A DNA stretch of 64,000 nt from Scenedesmus sp. PABB004 (Eukaryota). The stretch lies in assembly GCA_014905635.1 (NCBI GenBank), contig JABVCE010000033.1:124001-188000 (forward strand), in the 5' to 3' direction. Every line of letters begins with the position of its first letter. Position 1 is the first letter of the stretch. Positions 39,723 through 52,375 of this stretch are shown piece after piece. Under the pieces are notes generated by a model. It saw only the letters and a list, made by a program, of their open reading frames with translations. It was not told where the DNA came from and did no database searches. Position numbers and translations under genes: made by a program.

Positions 39723-41739
39723 ATGCTCTCTCAGGCGGGCAGCGCGGCTGTCGGGCTCGTCACGACGCCGGCCCGGCCGGCACTCGGCCAGCACTCCCGC
39801 TCGCGCCCCCGCTGCGCCCCGGGCGTGGCTGGCGATGCGCCTCGCGCGGCGTGGCCGCCGGCGCAAGGTGCGTGGCGTGCGGCGCGGCGTGCGGCCCGGC
39901 ACGGCGCCGCTGCCCGCTCCCGCGCCGTCGCCGCTGCTGCGCCGCCGTGCGCCGCCGCGGCGCGCCCATTGACCCGCCGCCGGCCGCCCCCGCGCCGCCA
40001 CAGGCCCCTGCCTGCGATCGAGGCCGCCGCGGGGCCTGCGGCCGCCGGCAGCTGCGGCAGCTCGACGCGCTGGCGCGGCGCTCGTCGCCGACGCCGCCGA
40101 CGCCGTCGACCCCGTCGCGGCCGCGGCGCGCGGGCTGGAGGCGCTGCAGCAGCTTGCGGCCGGCCTGCAGGCAGAGCCGACCGCCGACGGCCTGCTGGCG
40201 GCGTTCCAGCAGCAGCGCGCGGTGCAGCGGGCCGTGCTGGCGGCGCAGCGGCGCTGCCAGGCGGCCATCCACCGCACGCGCTGGGCGCAGAGCCGGAGCT
40301 CGCGCCAGGCCAGCAGGGCCGACGGCGGCGCGCCAGCGGCCGCTGGGGCGCAGTCGGGCGCGGCCGCCGCCGGCGCCGGCGCCGCCGGCGGCTTCAGCAG
40401 CGTCGAGGCCGCCGCGCAGCTGGCGCAGCTCCGCGAGCTCCGCTCGCGGTGCGACGACGCGCTGGACCTGCTGATCGCCCTCACTGCGGCGCACCTGCAG
40501 GTGCGCGCGCGGGTGCCGCCGCGTCGCCCCGCCACGCCGCGCCGCCCCGCGCCGCCCACTCACGCCGCCCGCTCACGCCGCCCGCTCGCGCCGCTCCCCC
40601 CCCCCCCCGCGGGCGCGCCCCGATAGGGCGAGCCGCCCGTGGCCGCCACGCGCCTGCTCACCGCCGCGGCGTCCCGGCAGCTCAACGCGGCGGCGCTCAA
40701 CCGCGCGTGCGTCGACGCGTTCCTAGCGAAGCAGCGCCTCGCCAGCCCCGGCGACATGGCCGGCCTCATGGCCGCGCTCGCGCTCGTGCGCTGCTGCAGC
40801 GCCGACAGCCAGCAGGTCGAGGGCCTGGAGCAGCACCAGCTCGCCGCGCTCTTCGGCGGCACAATGACGCACCTGGTCGCCTACGTCGAGCGCGCGCTGC
40901 CGGGCGGCGGCGATGCCGGCGGCGGCGGGGAGAGCGGCGCCGGGGGCGGCGGGCAGCAGCAGCTGCAGCAGCAGCAGCAGCAGCAGCGCACGCGGCGCGC
41001 GGCCGCGGCGGCCGGCGGCGGCTCGCCGGACGACCTGCGCCGCCAGGTCGCGGCGGGCGTCGCGGCGCACGTGTCGGCGCGCGTGCCGCTGGCCACGCCG
41101 CTCATCGCCCACATAATCCACCTGCTCGGCGACCAGGCGCGCCGCCCCGCCGCGCCGCCGCCGCCCCGCTGCGAGCGCCCGCGCCCCCCTCCCGGCGGCC
41201 GCGGCCGCGCCCGCCGCCGCCGACGCGGCCGCCGCGCGCGCCCCGCCCGCGCCGCGCGCAGGCGCCCGCCTGGCTGCACCCCGTCGCGCAGCTCGGCGCG
41301 GCGGAGAGCGTCACGGAGCTCGCTGGCCTGGTGGCCCACCCGGCGCGATACGACTACACCTATCTCGCCGCCGCGCTGCAGCGGCTGTCCGAGCTCACCG
41401 AGGCCGCCGCGGCGGCCGCGGCGGCTGCAGCCGCGGGCGCGCCGCCCGCGTGCGCCGCGGGCGCCGCCGACGCGGCCGCGGGCCTCGCGGCGGGCACGCA
41501 GCTCGCCGCCGCCAACCGGCTCGCGCGGCGCCTGTTTGGCCGGCTGCACGCGCTGCGCCAGGACGCGACGGCGGCGGAGCTCGCGGCCGTCCTCGCCGCG
41601 GCCGCACGCATGGGCGTGGCCGACGGCGGCGCGTATGCGGGGGCGGCGCTGCAGTTTGTGGGAGGCCCGCAGCTCGCGAGCGCCACCGACGCGCAGCTCG
41701 CGTCGGTGATGCACGCGGTCGCCACCTGGCACGCGATCA

Positions 41740-41770
<31 letters not shown>

Positions 41771-44686
41771 GGCCTTCCCGCGCGCGCAGCAGCAGGCCGT
41801 GGTCAAGGCCTGCGCGCGGCAGCTGTGCGCGCTGCTGAGCCAGCAGCGGCGCGCGGGCGCGGCGCCGGCGGCGGCTGGCGGGGAGGAGCTCGTGGCGCCG
41901 GGCGCGACGGTCATGGCGGTGTGGGCGATGGCCACGGCGGGCAGCCGCATGCCGCAGGCCCTCGTCGGCCGCCTCTTTGCGCACCTGCTCCAGCCCGCCA
42001 CGCTCGCGCGCCTGGTCGGCGGCGGCGCGGGCCCCGCGCGCGATGAGGTCGCGCGCACGTGCTGCACGGTGCTCTGGGCGGCGGCGGAGCTGCAGGCGGC
42101 GCAGGGCATGGCCGTGGCGCGGGCGTTCACGCCGCCGTTCATGGCGGCGCTGCCGTCCGTCCCCGCCGCGTGCGGCAGCATCGGCACCGTGCTGCAGGCG
42201 CTCGCGGCGCTGCTTGCCGCCGCGCGGCGGCGCGACGCCGCCGACGCTGCCGCGGCGGCGCCGGGCGGCGCCCCCGCGCCGCCCGCGCAGCGCGCGGCGC
42301 AGCTGGCAGGCGAGGGCGAGCCGGGCGAGGCGTGGGCGCCCGTATTCCTGCACTGCACCGACGAGCTGCTCGCGCGGCTGCAGCAGCAGGCGCCCGGCAG
42401 CGACGATGCCGCGGGCGACGGCGCTGGGGGCGACGGCGGCGCTGCGGTCGCGCCGGTCGCGGACGCGCCTGGCAGCGGCGCTGGCAGCGGCGCGTGCAGC
42501 GTGTCGGCAGCCTGGCAGGTCGTGTGGGCGTTCCAGGTGGCCGGCATCACGCTGCCAGACGCTCACGTCGCGCCGCTGCTGCGCCTGCTCGGCGACCAGG
42601 TGGGCCGCGGCCCCGCGCCGCGCGCGCGCTGGCCGACGACACCGCGCGTGCGCACGCGCCCGCCTGCGCGCTGACGCCGCGCGCCGCGCCGCCTCGCAGT
42701 CGCCCGCCTGGCTGCTGGAAGCGGCCGTCGTCCGCGCGGCCAGCCCGGCGGCGCTGCTGGCGCTGCTCGAGGGCCGCGCGGCGGCCGCTGCCGACGCCGC
42801 GTGCGTCGGCGCTGCGCTGCAGCGGCTGGCAGGCCTGGCGGTGCCGGCGGACGCCGACGCCGGCGAGTGCGAGGCGGCGCGGCAGTGCTGCCGCCGGCTG
42901 AGCGCGCTCGCGGCGGGGGTGCCCGAGCTGCAGGACGGCACGGCGGCCGGCGCCGCGGCGTCCGCCAACCCCGCCGCCGCGGCCGCGGCGGCCGCCAGCA
43001 TCGTGTGGGGCGCCGCACAGCTTGCGCACAGGGACGTCGCGCTGTCGAGCGGCGCGCTGCGGCTGTTCCTGGCGGCGGCGCCCGCGGCGTCGCCCGCGGA
43101 CGCGACGCGCGTTGTCGCCGCCATGGCCGCCGCGGGCCGGGCGCTGCCCAGCATCTATCGCGGCTGCGACGCCAGCACGCTGCAGGCGGTGCTGCGGGCG
43201 TGCACCGCGACGCTGCTGAGCACGGAGCAGGGCGCAGCCGCTGCGGAGCAGCCGGCGAGCGGCGGCGGCGGCAGCGGCCGGGGCCGGCGCGGCGGCGCGG
43301 CGCAGGAGCCTGGCCACGCCGCCGCCGCTGCCGCACTGCCCCCAGGCGAGCCCGGCTCAGCGGCCCTCGCGCAGCGGCTGCTCGCGCTGCACGCGGTGCT
43401 GGGGCTCGCGCCGGAGCCGGCGGCGCTGCAGGCGCTGCTCGGCGCGGTCGCGGACGAGCGCGCACTGGACCGCATGCGGCCCAACGAGGCGGCCGGCCTG
43501 CTGGTCGCCGCGCTGGGCGCGCTCGCCGAGCTCGCGGCGCTGCCGCCCGCGCTGGCGGAGCGCGCCGAGCACGGAGGCGGGCGCGCGCCCGAGCGCGCGG
43601 GCTGGGACATGCCCCGCCTGCTGCTGCAGGCGCTGCTGCTGGACGGCATCCTGCCCCGTGTGCCGCACGCGACCGCGAGCATGGTCGCCACCAGCCTGCA
43701 GGCGGCGGCGGCGCTCGCGGAGGCGGGCGGCGGCGCCGCCCCGCCGCCGGCGCTGCGCCTGGAGCTGCCGCTGGCGCGCGATTTCGCGCGCGCGCTGCTG
43801 CGCGACCTGGTCGCCCCGCCTGGCGCGGCCGAGCCGGGCGCGTTCCTGCAGGGCTGGAAGGGCGAGCACGTCGCGGCCGCGGCGGTGGCGGCGCTGCGGC
43901 TCGGCGTGGCGAGCCCGGCCTTCTTCGACGCGGTCGCGGCCGACGTGCTGTGCCTGCCAGGCGGCGCGGCCGCCGGCGGCCCGCCCCGGCGGCGCCCGCG
44001 GCTGCAGAGGGTGGCGCTGCCGCACCTCGCCGTGGTGTGCTGCGCGGCGGCGGCGCTGCACTGCCGCGTCGACGCGCTGCTCGAGCACACGCTGGGCCTG
44101 GCCTGCGCGGCGCTGGGGGAGGCCGGCGCGGCGGCGCCGCGGCCGTGGCCGGCCAGGGCCCGGCGCCAGCAGGTGGCGGCGGACGCAGACGCGGACGCGG
44201 ACGCGCTGCAGCAGGTCCTGCTCGCGTGGGCGGCGGCGCAGGTGGACGCGCCGCAGCTGCTGCCGCAGGCGCAGGCGCTCGCCGCCGCCGGCGTCGCGGC
44301 GCTGGGCGCCGGCGGCGACGAAGGCTGGCTGCACGAGCTGCCGGGCGCGGCGCCGCGCCTGGCGCAGCTCCACGTGTGGCTGTCCGACCGCGGCGTGGCG
44401 GCGCCGCTGCTGCCGGCGCCGCAGCTGCACGTCGCGCGCGAGGCGTGGCTCGCGCTGCAGGCCGCCGCGCCGGGCGGCGACTGGCGGCTGTCGGCGGTCG
44501 CCGACGCGCTGGCGCAGCTGCCCGGGCTCGACGCGGGGCCCGCGCTGCACGCGGTGACGCCCGACGGCTGGCTCGCCGCCGACCTCAAGGCGCGCGTGGG
44601 CGGCGTCCGCGTTGCCCTGCTCCTCCTGGACGACGCGGACGAGGACAGCCTGGTCGCCGCCGCGCGCGACCAGCTGGCGCAGCAGC

Positions 44687-44721
<35 letters not shown>

Positions 44722-45054
44722 GCCGCGGCGCGCCCCGCCCCGGCGGCCGGCGGCGGCGCGGGCGCGCGCGCGGTCGGCGGCGCGCTGGGCGCGCTCGCAG
44801 CGTGCCTCGCGCGGCCGCAGGTCGGCGACGTGATGTTCCGCGCGCGCGCTCTCGCCGCGCGCGGCAGCCTGGTCTCCGTCCTCAGCTGGCAGGACTTTGC
44901 CCGCGCCGACGGCCACCTCGGCGCCGAGCTCGACGCCCTCGCGGGCAAGCTCTGGATGCTGCGCGACCGCGCCGCCGCCGCGGCCGACGCCGACGGCGGG
45001 CGCGTGGCGTCGGGCGTGCCCGTCGCGGCGGTCGCGTCGGTCGAGGAGGCATGA
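39723..45054 (+). CDS. Organelle-targeted helical-repeat (OPR-like) protein with C-terminal RAP domain, 5 exons
   Basis: Transit-peptide-like N-terminus MLSQAGSAAV...RSRPR, OPR-like segments (MAVWAMATAG, TVLWAAAEL, SIVWGAAQLAH, FFDAVA) and a RAP-like end (TPDGWLAADL...RVALL...VMFRARALAARGSLVSVLSWQDF). Confidence 0.72.
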
Positions 45055-45302
45055 GCCCGGGGGCGGGTGGGTCGGTGGGACTGTCGAGCGCGGCATGCAG
45101 GCCGCCGATGCTCGTGGCGGGCGCGAGCGGTGTGTGTGTGTCACACTGGCCATGCCTGTCGCAGCGCCCGCGGCGGGTGGTGCGCTGGTGCTTTGTGCTT
45201 TGTGCTTTGTGCGCGAGGTGTTGTTGTTGTGATTGCGCAAACGGCCCCGCCTGGCGGCCCACGAGAGTGAACCCAAGACGACGACCGACGCGCGCCGGGG
45301 CC

Positions 45303-48300
45303 CTAGCGCGCCGCGGCGCTGCGGGGCCGGCTCGGCGACCGCGCGCCGCTGCCCACGCGGAGCGCCGCGAGCGCCCGCGCCTCGCGCTCCGCCTGCTCGG
45401 TGCGCACCTTGTCGAGCGCCGCGCGCCGCCGCGCGCCGTCGGCCTGCAGGCGCGCGTAGAAGGCATCGAGCTCGGCCTTGGACACCGCCTTGCCGCGCCG
45501 CGCGGCCTCGGCCGCCGCCCACGCCGCGCGCTGCTTGGCCTCGCGCGCCGCGATGTCGGCCTCCGTGAACTCGATGAACGCCTGGCTGCGCAGCGCGCGG
45601 AAGACGCCGAGCTGCTTCGCCCGGCCGGCCGCCGCGTCGAGCTGATCCAGCCCCGCCCAGCGCACGCCCGCGAGCAGCTTCACGGCGTGCCCCAGCGGGT
45701 CGGGCTCGGGCCGCACCCCCGGCAGCGCCGCGCCGCCGGCGCCGCCCGCTGCGGCGGGCGCGCGCGCCGCGCCGCTGCCCCTGCCCTTGCCCTTGCCTGC
45801 GGCGGCGGCCGCCTTGGCCGCCGCCGCCTCGGCGGCCGTGCGCTGCGCGTCCAGCGCGCCCTGCGCGGGGCGCGTGAGGCCGTCCAGGCTCCAAGGCGGG
45901 GCCAGCCAGTCAATGGCGGGCGCGGCCTGCGCCGGAGCGCCGCCGCCGCCGCCGCCGCCCGCCGCCGCCGCTGCGGCGCGCTCCCTGTCGTGCAGCCGCT
46001 CCGCCTCTGTCTTGTACGCCCGCGCGCGCCGGAGCAGCGCGGCCAGCTGCTCGTCGCAGTCGTCTGCGGGTCGCGGGAGTCAGAGCGGCGGCGCCCGCGC
46101 GCCTGCGGCAGCTGGCGGCCGGGCCGGCGCTCGCGCGCGCGCTCGTGCGCCGCGCCCTCACCGCCTGGCTCGGCCACCTCCCAGCCGAGCCGCCCGAACC
46201 ATGCTGCCGCGGCGCGCAGGTCGCGCGCCTCGGGCGTCGCGGGCGCGGCGGCCGCCGCGGCGCGCGCGGCGGGGCTCGCGCCCGAGGGCGCCGCCGCCGC
46301 GCGCTGCTGGCTGCACCAGCGCGCCTGCAGCTCCGCCAGCCGGCCGTCGCGCGTCGCGAGGTCGGCGGCGTAGCGCTCCATGAACTGCGCGCTGCGCACA
46401 GCCGCCGCGGCCGCCGCGAGCTTGCGCGCGCCGCGCGTCCCCAGCACGGCGCGCCGGCCTGCGTCGTCGAGGCCGAGCGCCGCCGCGTGCGCCTCGAACG
46501 CCTGCGGCCGCGCGGCGGCGCGTGCCGTGTCAGCCGCCGGGCCAGGCGGCGGCAGCGCGGTGGCGCCGCGGCTGCGAGTTAAGGCACGTGCGCGCTTGAG
46601 GAAGGCGTCGCCGCCGCCGCACCGCGTCGACCGCCTCGTCCAGCTCTGCCAGGCCCGCCTCGTCGCCCAGGCCGGCCGCTGGCGCGGCGACGCTCGCCCA
46701 GCCGCGCTGCTCAAAGAACGCGCACACGAGGGCCAGGTCCGCGGCCGCGCCGCCGCCGCCGCTGCCGACGCCGCCCGCGGCGTCGCCCCAGTGCCGCTCC
46801 TGCAGCTCGCGCAGCCGGCCCGCGCGGCGCTGGAGGTCGTTGTGCAGGCGGTCCAGGAAGCCGCCGCCGCCGGCGGCGCCGCGCGCCTCGGCCATGATGC
46901 GCTGTGAGCGGCCGCTGATGCGCGGGTGGAAGGTGAGGTCGGCCTCCGACGGGCTTTCCCACGGCCGCGCGTGCGACTCGGGCCGAGGGTGCGCCGCGCG
47001 CGTGCCGGCGCCGACGTGGCGCCACGGGATCGCGCCGCGCGCGTCCACGCCGCCGCCGGCGGAGCAGCCCGTCGGCGGGCTCTTGCTGTCCAGGTCGGCC
47101 AGCGCGCCCTGCAGGCGCGCCACCTCGGCCGCCGCGAGCCGCGCGACGCCGCCGACCTGGGCCGCGGCGCTCGTCTGCGCCGCCGCGCGCGCCTGAGCGC
47201 GGCCGAGCTCAAACAGCAGCTTGGCACGCTGCTCAGGGACGCCGACGCGCCCCGCGGCCGGGCCGAGCGCGCCGGGGCCGCCGGGCTGCGGGCTGGGCGA
47301 GCGGCCGCGGCCGCGGCAGGGTGCGCTGCTGGGCCGCCCCCGCGCGCCGCCGGCAGGGCACGGCTCCGGCGCGCTCGGCCGTGCGCCGCTCAGCGCAGGG
47401 CCCCTGCTGCCGCGCCGGCCGCGGCGCTGCGCGGCCGCGGCGCCAACGCTCCCCGCCGCGAGCACGGCCAGCTCGACGGCGCCCAGCGTCGGGTCCAGCT
47501 GCCCCGGGTCCGCCGCCGCGGCCGCCGCGGCGCGAAGGTCTGCCGCCGCGGCCGCCTCGACCGCCTCCAGCAGCGCCGCGCGGTGGCCCTGCGCGCACGC
47601 GCGCGCCGCGGCGGTGACGGCAGCGGCGGCGGTGACGGCGGCGGGTGCGGGCGCGCGCGCCGCCGCCGCCACGGCCCGCCCTGGCGCGCGCCGGCGCGCG
47701 GCCGGCGGGCCAGCGCACCAGCGGCCCGACGCCGAGGTCGCGCAGCTGGGCATCGGTAATCCGCGCCAGGAGGCGGCCGTCCACGGCGTTGTGGACGAGC
47801 CTCTGGCGATACTGCCCCAGGCCCTGAGCGCCGACCCACTCGCACACATCAAGAACTGCGCACAGCGGCGTCGCCGAGCCGGCGGCGGCGTGGGCGGCGA
47901 GGCGCCAGCGGGCAGCGCTCGGGCGGCAGAGGGCGGTGCGCATCGCCCCGCACCGTCCCACTGCTCCAGCGGCAGCGCCTCCGGGGGCGGGGCAGGCGGC
48001 CCTGGCTGCGCCGACCACGGCCGCGCCGCGGTGACCGGCGGCGGCGGCTCCGCCCACCAGTCGCCGCCGGCGGGCTCGCACGGCTGCTGCGCCGCGCTGG
48101 TGGAAGCTCCCCCGGGCGTGGGCAGGCCATCCCCGGACCCCGGCCGCGCGCGGCGGTGGCCGCCGGCGCTCGCGCTCGCCGAGCGCGTCACGTTGTCGCG
48201 CGGCACCGGCGGCGGCGCGGCGCGCTCCGCCTCCGGCTGCGCCTCCGCCGCCTCTGGTGCAGGCGCCCAGGCCGGCGCCCACGCCGCCGCCACCGCCTGC

Positions 48301-48614
48301 TCTTCGCCGCTGCAGCGCGGGCTGTCAGCAGCGCGGCTGGCGCGGTTGCTGGCCGGCGCCGGGCTGTCTGCGCGGCTGGCGGGGCCGCTGGCCGCCGCGG
48401 CCTCGCTGGCGCCGCTGACCTCGCCGGCCACGGCGGCCACGTCGGCCGCGCCGGCCTCGTGGGCGCTGGCCGCGGCGGCGGGCGCGGGGAGCCCCTCGTC
48501 GACCAGCCAGGCGTCGAGCTGCTCGTCGGTCAGCGCCGGCGGCTGCGGCGGCTCCTGCGCGCTCTCCTCGAGCTCGTCGTCAGTCTCGTAGTCTTCCACC
48601 TCATAATCCTCCAT
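45303..48614 (-). CDS. SAM-domain protein with TFxP motif and helical repeats (unknown function, possibly cytoskeletal)
   Basis: Acidic start MEDYEVEDYETDDE, SAM-like LEQWD..VCEWVGAQGLGQYRQRLVHNAVDGRLLARITDAQLRDLGVGPLGHRAALLEAV, then DLTFHPRIS...FLDRLHND. Stop TAG at 45303. Confidence 0.8.
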
Positions 48615-49322
48615 ATTTGGCGCACGCCGCGCGCGGTCAGCCCCGCCGCCGCTGCTCGGCGCGCGCCGGCGCGGCGCAGCTCACGCGTCCCGGGTGGTGC
48701 GGTCGACCGTGTCCGGCGCTGGAGGCAGTACTTGGCGAGTTTGCGGGTGCAACGGGCGGCGGCGGCAGCTGACGGGCGAGGTTTCGCCGCCGGGGGGGGG
48801 GGTTGTTTTGCACCCGGTTTTGCGTGCGCTGCCGCGCCCAGCGGGACACCGGCACTCCAAGAACATGGTACACCCGATCAGCCAGCGCGCACCACCACGG
48901 GCGAGGCATCCTGGCGGCCGAGCAGCAGCTCACTGATCCGCACGGCTCGTAGCGGCTGGAGGACCGCAAGAAACTGCTGCTAGCGCAGATACTAGCACTT
49001 CAGGGAGCGGGTGGCGCCCCCGGCGCCCCGAGTCGAGAACTCGCGCGCGATTGCCGCACCCGGCGCCCGGGCTCCGCACCCACAGGCTTCGCCCCGGCGC
49101 CGCGCTACGGCCCTGCACTGGCGCGTGAGCTGGCGGGTCCGCACGACAGCGCGGCGCGAGCTCGCCCACTCTCGCACTCGCCGCCGCTGCTGTACCCGCT
49201 GCTGCCGCCGCCGCTGCCGGCGCGCCGGGCACCGCCTGCCGGCGCAGACAGCCGCCCAGACGCCGCCGCTGCGCTCTGACGGCCGTCCCGCGCCGCCTCC
49301 CGCCTCCCGCAGGCGGCCGCTG

Positions 49323-50399
49323 ATGGGGCCGCGGAGGCGCGCGCTGGCTGCCCGGGCGCTGGCGGCGCTCGCGCTCGTGCTGGCGCCGCCGGCGCTGCGT
49401 GCGCAGAGCCCGCCCCCCGGCGGCGGGCCGGCGCCGCTGGTCGGCCGCGCGCGGCGCGGCGCCGCGCAGGCGCCGCCCGGCTCGGGCGCCGGGCCGACGG
49501 TGCCGGTGCCGAGCGCGCTGCGCGGGCGGCAGCCGCCGGCGGCGGCGGCGGTCGCCGGCGCCGACTGGCTCGACGCGGCCGCGACGGGCGCGGCCGCGGC
49601 CGCGGCGCCGGCGGCCGCCGGCCCCGCGTCGGTGTGCGACGCCGACCCGCCGTTTGAGCCGCTCCCGGAGCCGAGCCGCACCACGTGCCGCCTCTTCGTC
49701 ACCATCCCCCCCGACGAGGGCGGCGGCGCGTGGTTGTGCACCGCGTGGTTTGTGACGCCGAGCCACGTCGTGACCGCGGGGCACTGCGTCGCCGAGGCGG
49801 CGAGCGGATACATCGTCGACCCTGCCGACCCGGGCCTGCTCTGCTGCGGGTTTGACGCCGACGGCGCGTGCCTCACGAGCCACGCGTGGCGCCTGTCGCG
49901 CTGGGTCACGACCGCGGGCTGGTGGGCGGGCGAGCGCACCGCGAACGACGGCGCGGTGATCAATGTCGTCCCGGTCAACGCGAGCGCGAGCGTCGGCGGC
50001 GCGCCGCAGGCGCTGCGCAGCTTCTTCCCCGCCGCCGTGCCGCCGCACGCGGCCTACCTGGACGGCTTCCCCGCGCGCGACGCGAGCGACGCGGGCTGCG
50101 GGCGCGTCGACCCGACGCGCGCGTACGCGACGAGCGCAGACGTCGCACCGCGCGCCGCGCACGACGGCGCGGGCGGCCGCCCCGTGGCCTACCCGCTCGC
50201 GGGCTGCGTCGGGCAGAGCGGCGGGCGCGTGCTGGCGGTGGACCCCGATGGCAGCGCGTGGGCGTACGGGCTGCAGACGTACGGCGCGTCGGGGTGCTCC
50301 GCGCGCGGGCGCGGCCTGACCGGCGTCACGCAGATCGCGCCCGTCGCGGCCGACGGCGGCGTGTGCGTGGCCTGCCTGCTGGGGGCGCTGGGCGGCTGA
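49323..50399 (+). CDS. Secreted trypsin-like (S1, glutamyl-endopeptidase-like) serine protease, single exon
   Basis: Signal ALAALALVLAPPALRAQ, then CTAWFVTPSHVVTAGHC (His), NDGAVI (Asp) and GCVGQSGG (Ser). Confidence 0.85.
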   Translation: MGPRRRALAARALAALALVLAPPALRAQSPPPGGGPAPLVGRARRGAAQAPPGSGAGPTVPVPSALRGRQPPAAAAVAGADWLDAAATGAAAAAAPAAAGPASVCDADPPFEPLPEPSRTTCRLFVTIPPDEGGGAWLCTAWFVTPSHVVTAGHCVAEAASGYIVDPADPGLLCCGFDADGACLTSHAWRLSRWVTTAGWWAGERTANDGAVINVVPVNASASVGGAPQALRSFFPAAVPPHAAYLDGFPARDASDAGCGRVDPTRAYATSADVAPRAAHDGAGGRPVAYPLAGCVGQSGGRVLAVDPDGSAWAYGLQTYGASGCSARGRGLTGVTQIAPVAADGGVCVACLLGALGG

Positions 50400-50712
50400 G
50401 CGCGCGGCAGCGGCGGCGAGCCCGGTGACCTGACCCCCGAGCCCCCCGCGGCCGACCGGCTCAGCGCAAAGATCCGCAGAGCCCACGCCGTGCGGCGGGC
50501 CTGCCGGTCCGCGCCGGCCCGGGAAAGCGATCCCCGGCCCGAACCCGGGGGTATTCGTGCGCTCGCCCGGCGCACCCAGCCGCCCCGGCGTCCCGCGGCT
50601 CCGGCCATAGCTCCCCAGCCCCCTTCACCGTGTGTGGGGCCCCGGTCGTCGTCTGGAAAGCCACCGCCGAGGCCAACCTTCCCGCTCGCCTCCCGGAGCT
50701 CGGCCCGGCGCC

Positions 50713-52282
50713 ATGGCGCCGTTGGGCGCTCTGCTCCTGGTCCTGGGCGCTGCCGGAGCGCACGCGCAGTTCTTTGGGGCCGCCAGCGCAGCGGGCTTCA
50801 CGCGCATGCCGGCGGTGGAGGAGGCGGCGCTGCCGGCGAGCTGGGCGGCTGCGGGCCGGCGCGGCCTGGCCGCCGTGGGCGGCGTCATGGAGGACATCCA
50901 CAGCGCCTATAGGTGCGTGCGGGCGGGCGAGAAAGCGGGCCGCCGCGCGCGCAACTGACTCACCCCACCCCACGCACCCGTCGTCGCGCGCCGCCCGCGC
51001 CCGCTCTTGCCCCGTCGCGCGCGTGTTGTTGTCCGCGCCCGCCGCCTCACCTACACAGGTACACAAAGTGCAACAACACCGAGGTCTTCGTCGCCAAGTC
51101 AACCGCCGAGGTCGCGGCGATCGTGAAGAGCCTGCGCGGCAGCGGGCGGCGCATCCGCGCGCTCTCCCACGCGCTGCCGCACTCGCCCGCGACCTTCATC
51201 TGCGCGTCGGACGGCTCCGAGGCCAAGCCGCAGGCGACCATCGTGCTCGACATGCCCGACGTCATCTCCCCCATGGACGGCCGGGGCCACGTCACGGTCG
51301 GCGCGTCCATGGCCCTGGCGACCCTCGCGTGGAGCGTGTTTGAGCCGGCAAACCGCACGCTGCCGTCGATGGCCTGGCCCTATCACGCCCCCCTCACCGT
51401 CGGCGGCTGCTTCAGCGCCGCGAGCCATGGCTCGTCGATGAAGCGCGGCGGGCACCTGGTGCGGCGCGCGCATGCGTGCAGGGGCGGCGCGCAGCCTGCC
51501 CACGCAGCGCGCAGGCGCGCGCGCGCGTGCTGCCGCCGCCGCCGCCGCCGCCGCCCGACGCACCGCGCGGCGGCGGCGCTGCTGCCGGGCAGGTGGACCA
51601 AGTCTCGTGCGTGCGATACGTCGACCCGACGGGCGCAGTCAAGCGCGCGTGCCGGGGCCGCGACGGGGCGCTGTTCCGCGCCCTCGCCGGCGGGCTGGGC
51701 ATGCTGGGCATTGTGACAGAGCTCACCATCCAGGCGCGCGGCCTGGCGCGCGGGGCCCCGCCCGCCGCGCCGCCTGCAGCGGCGCGGGGCCGCCGCCTCG
51801 TCGGCCCCCTCCCGCGTGGCGCCCCGCAGACGCGCCCGCGCCGCCGCCGCGCGCAGACGGTGCCCAACACCAAGACGCACGTTCAAATCCTGACCTACAC
51901 CGACGACTCAAACATGACGGACGTCATCGACTCCATCCGCGCACAAAAGGCGAGGCCGGCCGCCGCGCCGTCGCGCCGCCGCGCCGCCGCCCGGAAGGGG
52001 CTCCGCCACACCCGGCCCGCGCGGCGGCGCCGCCGCGCGCGCCGACGCGCGCGCGTCGCCGCGTCACCGCCGCCGCCGCGCCGCCGCGCCGCTGTCGCCG
52101 CCGCAGGACGTCGACTCGCTCTTCCTGATGTGGCGCCCCGACGTGAAGCTCGTCGGCGTCATCGTCGGCCGCACGCTGCCGTACAACGCCACCGTCTACC
52201 CCGCCGGCGCGGCGTTCCCGCCGGTGTACGACGGCAAGCCCACCGGTGCGTGATCTCTTCATTCACCTCTCTCGCTCTCTAT

Positions 52283-52375
<93 letters not shown>

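Noticed and set aside
42801..46373. 1190-aa Arg/Gly-rich ORF and other long overlapping ORFs across the window
   Set aside because: They are off-frame readings of GC3-rich genes with no recognisable motifs.
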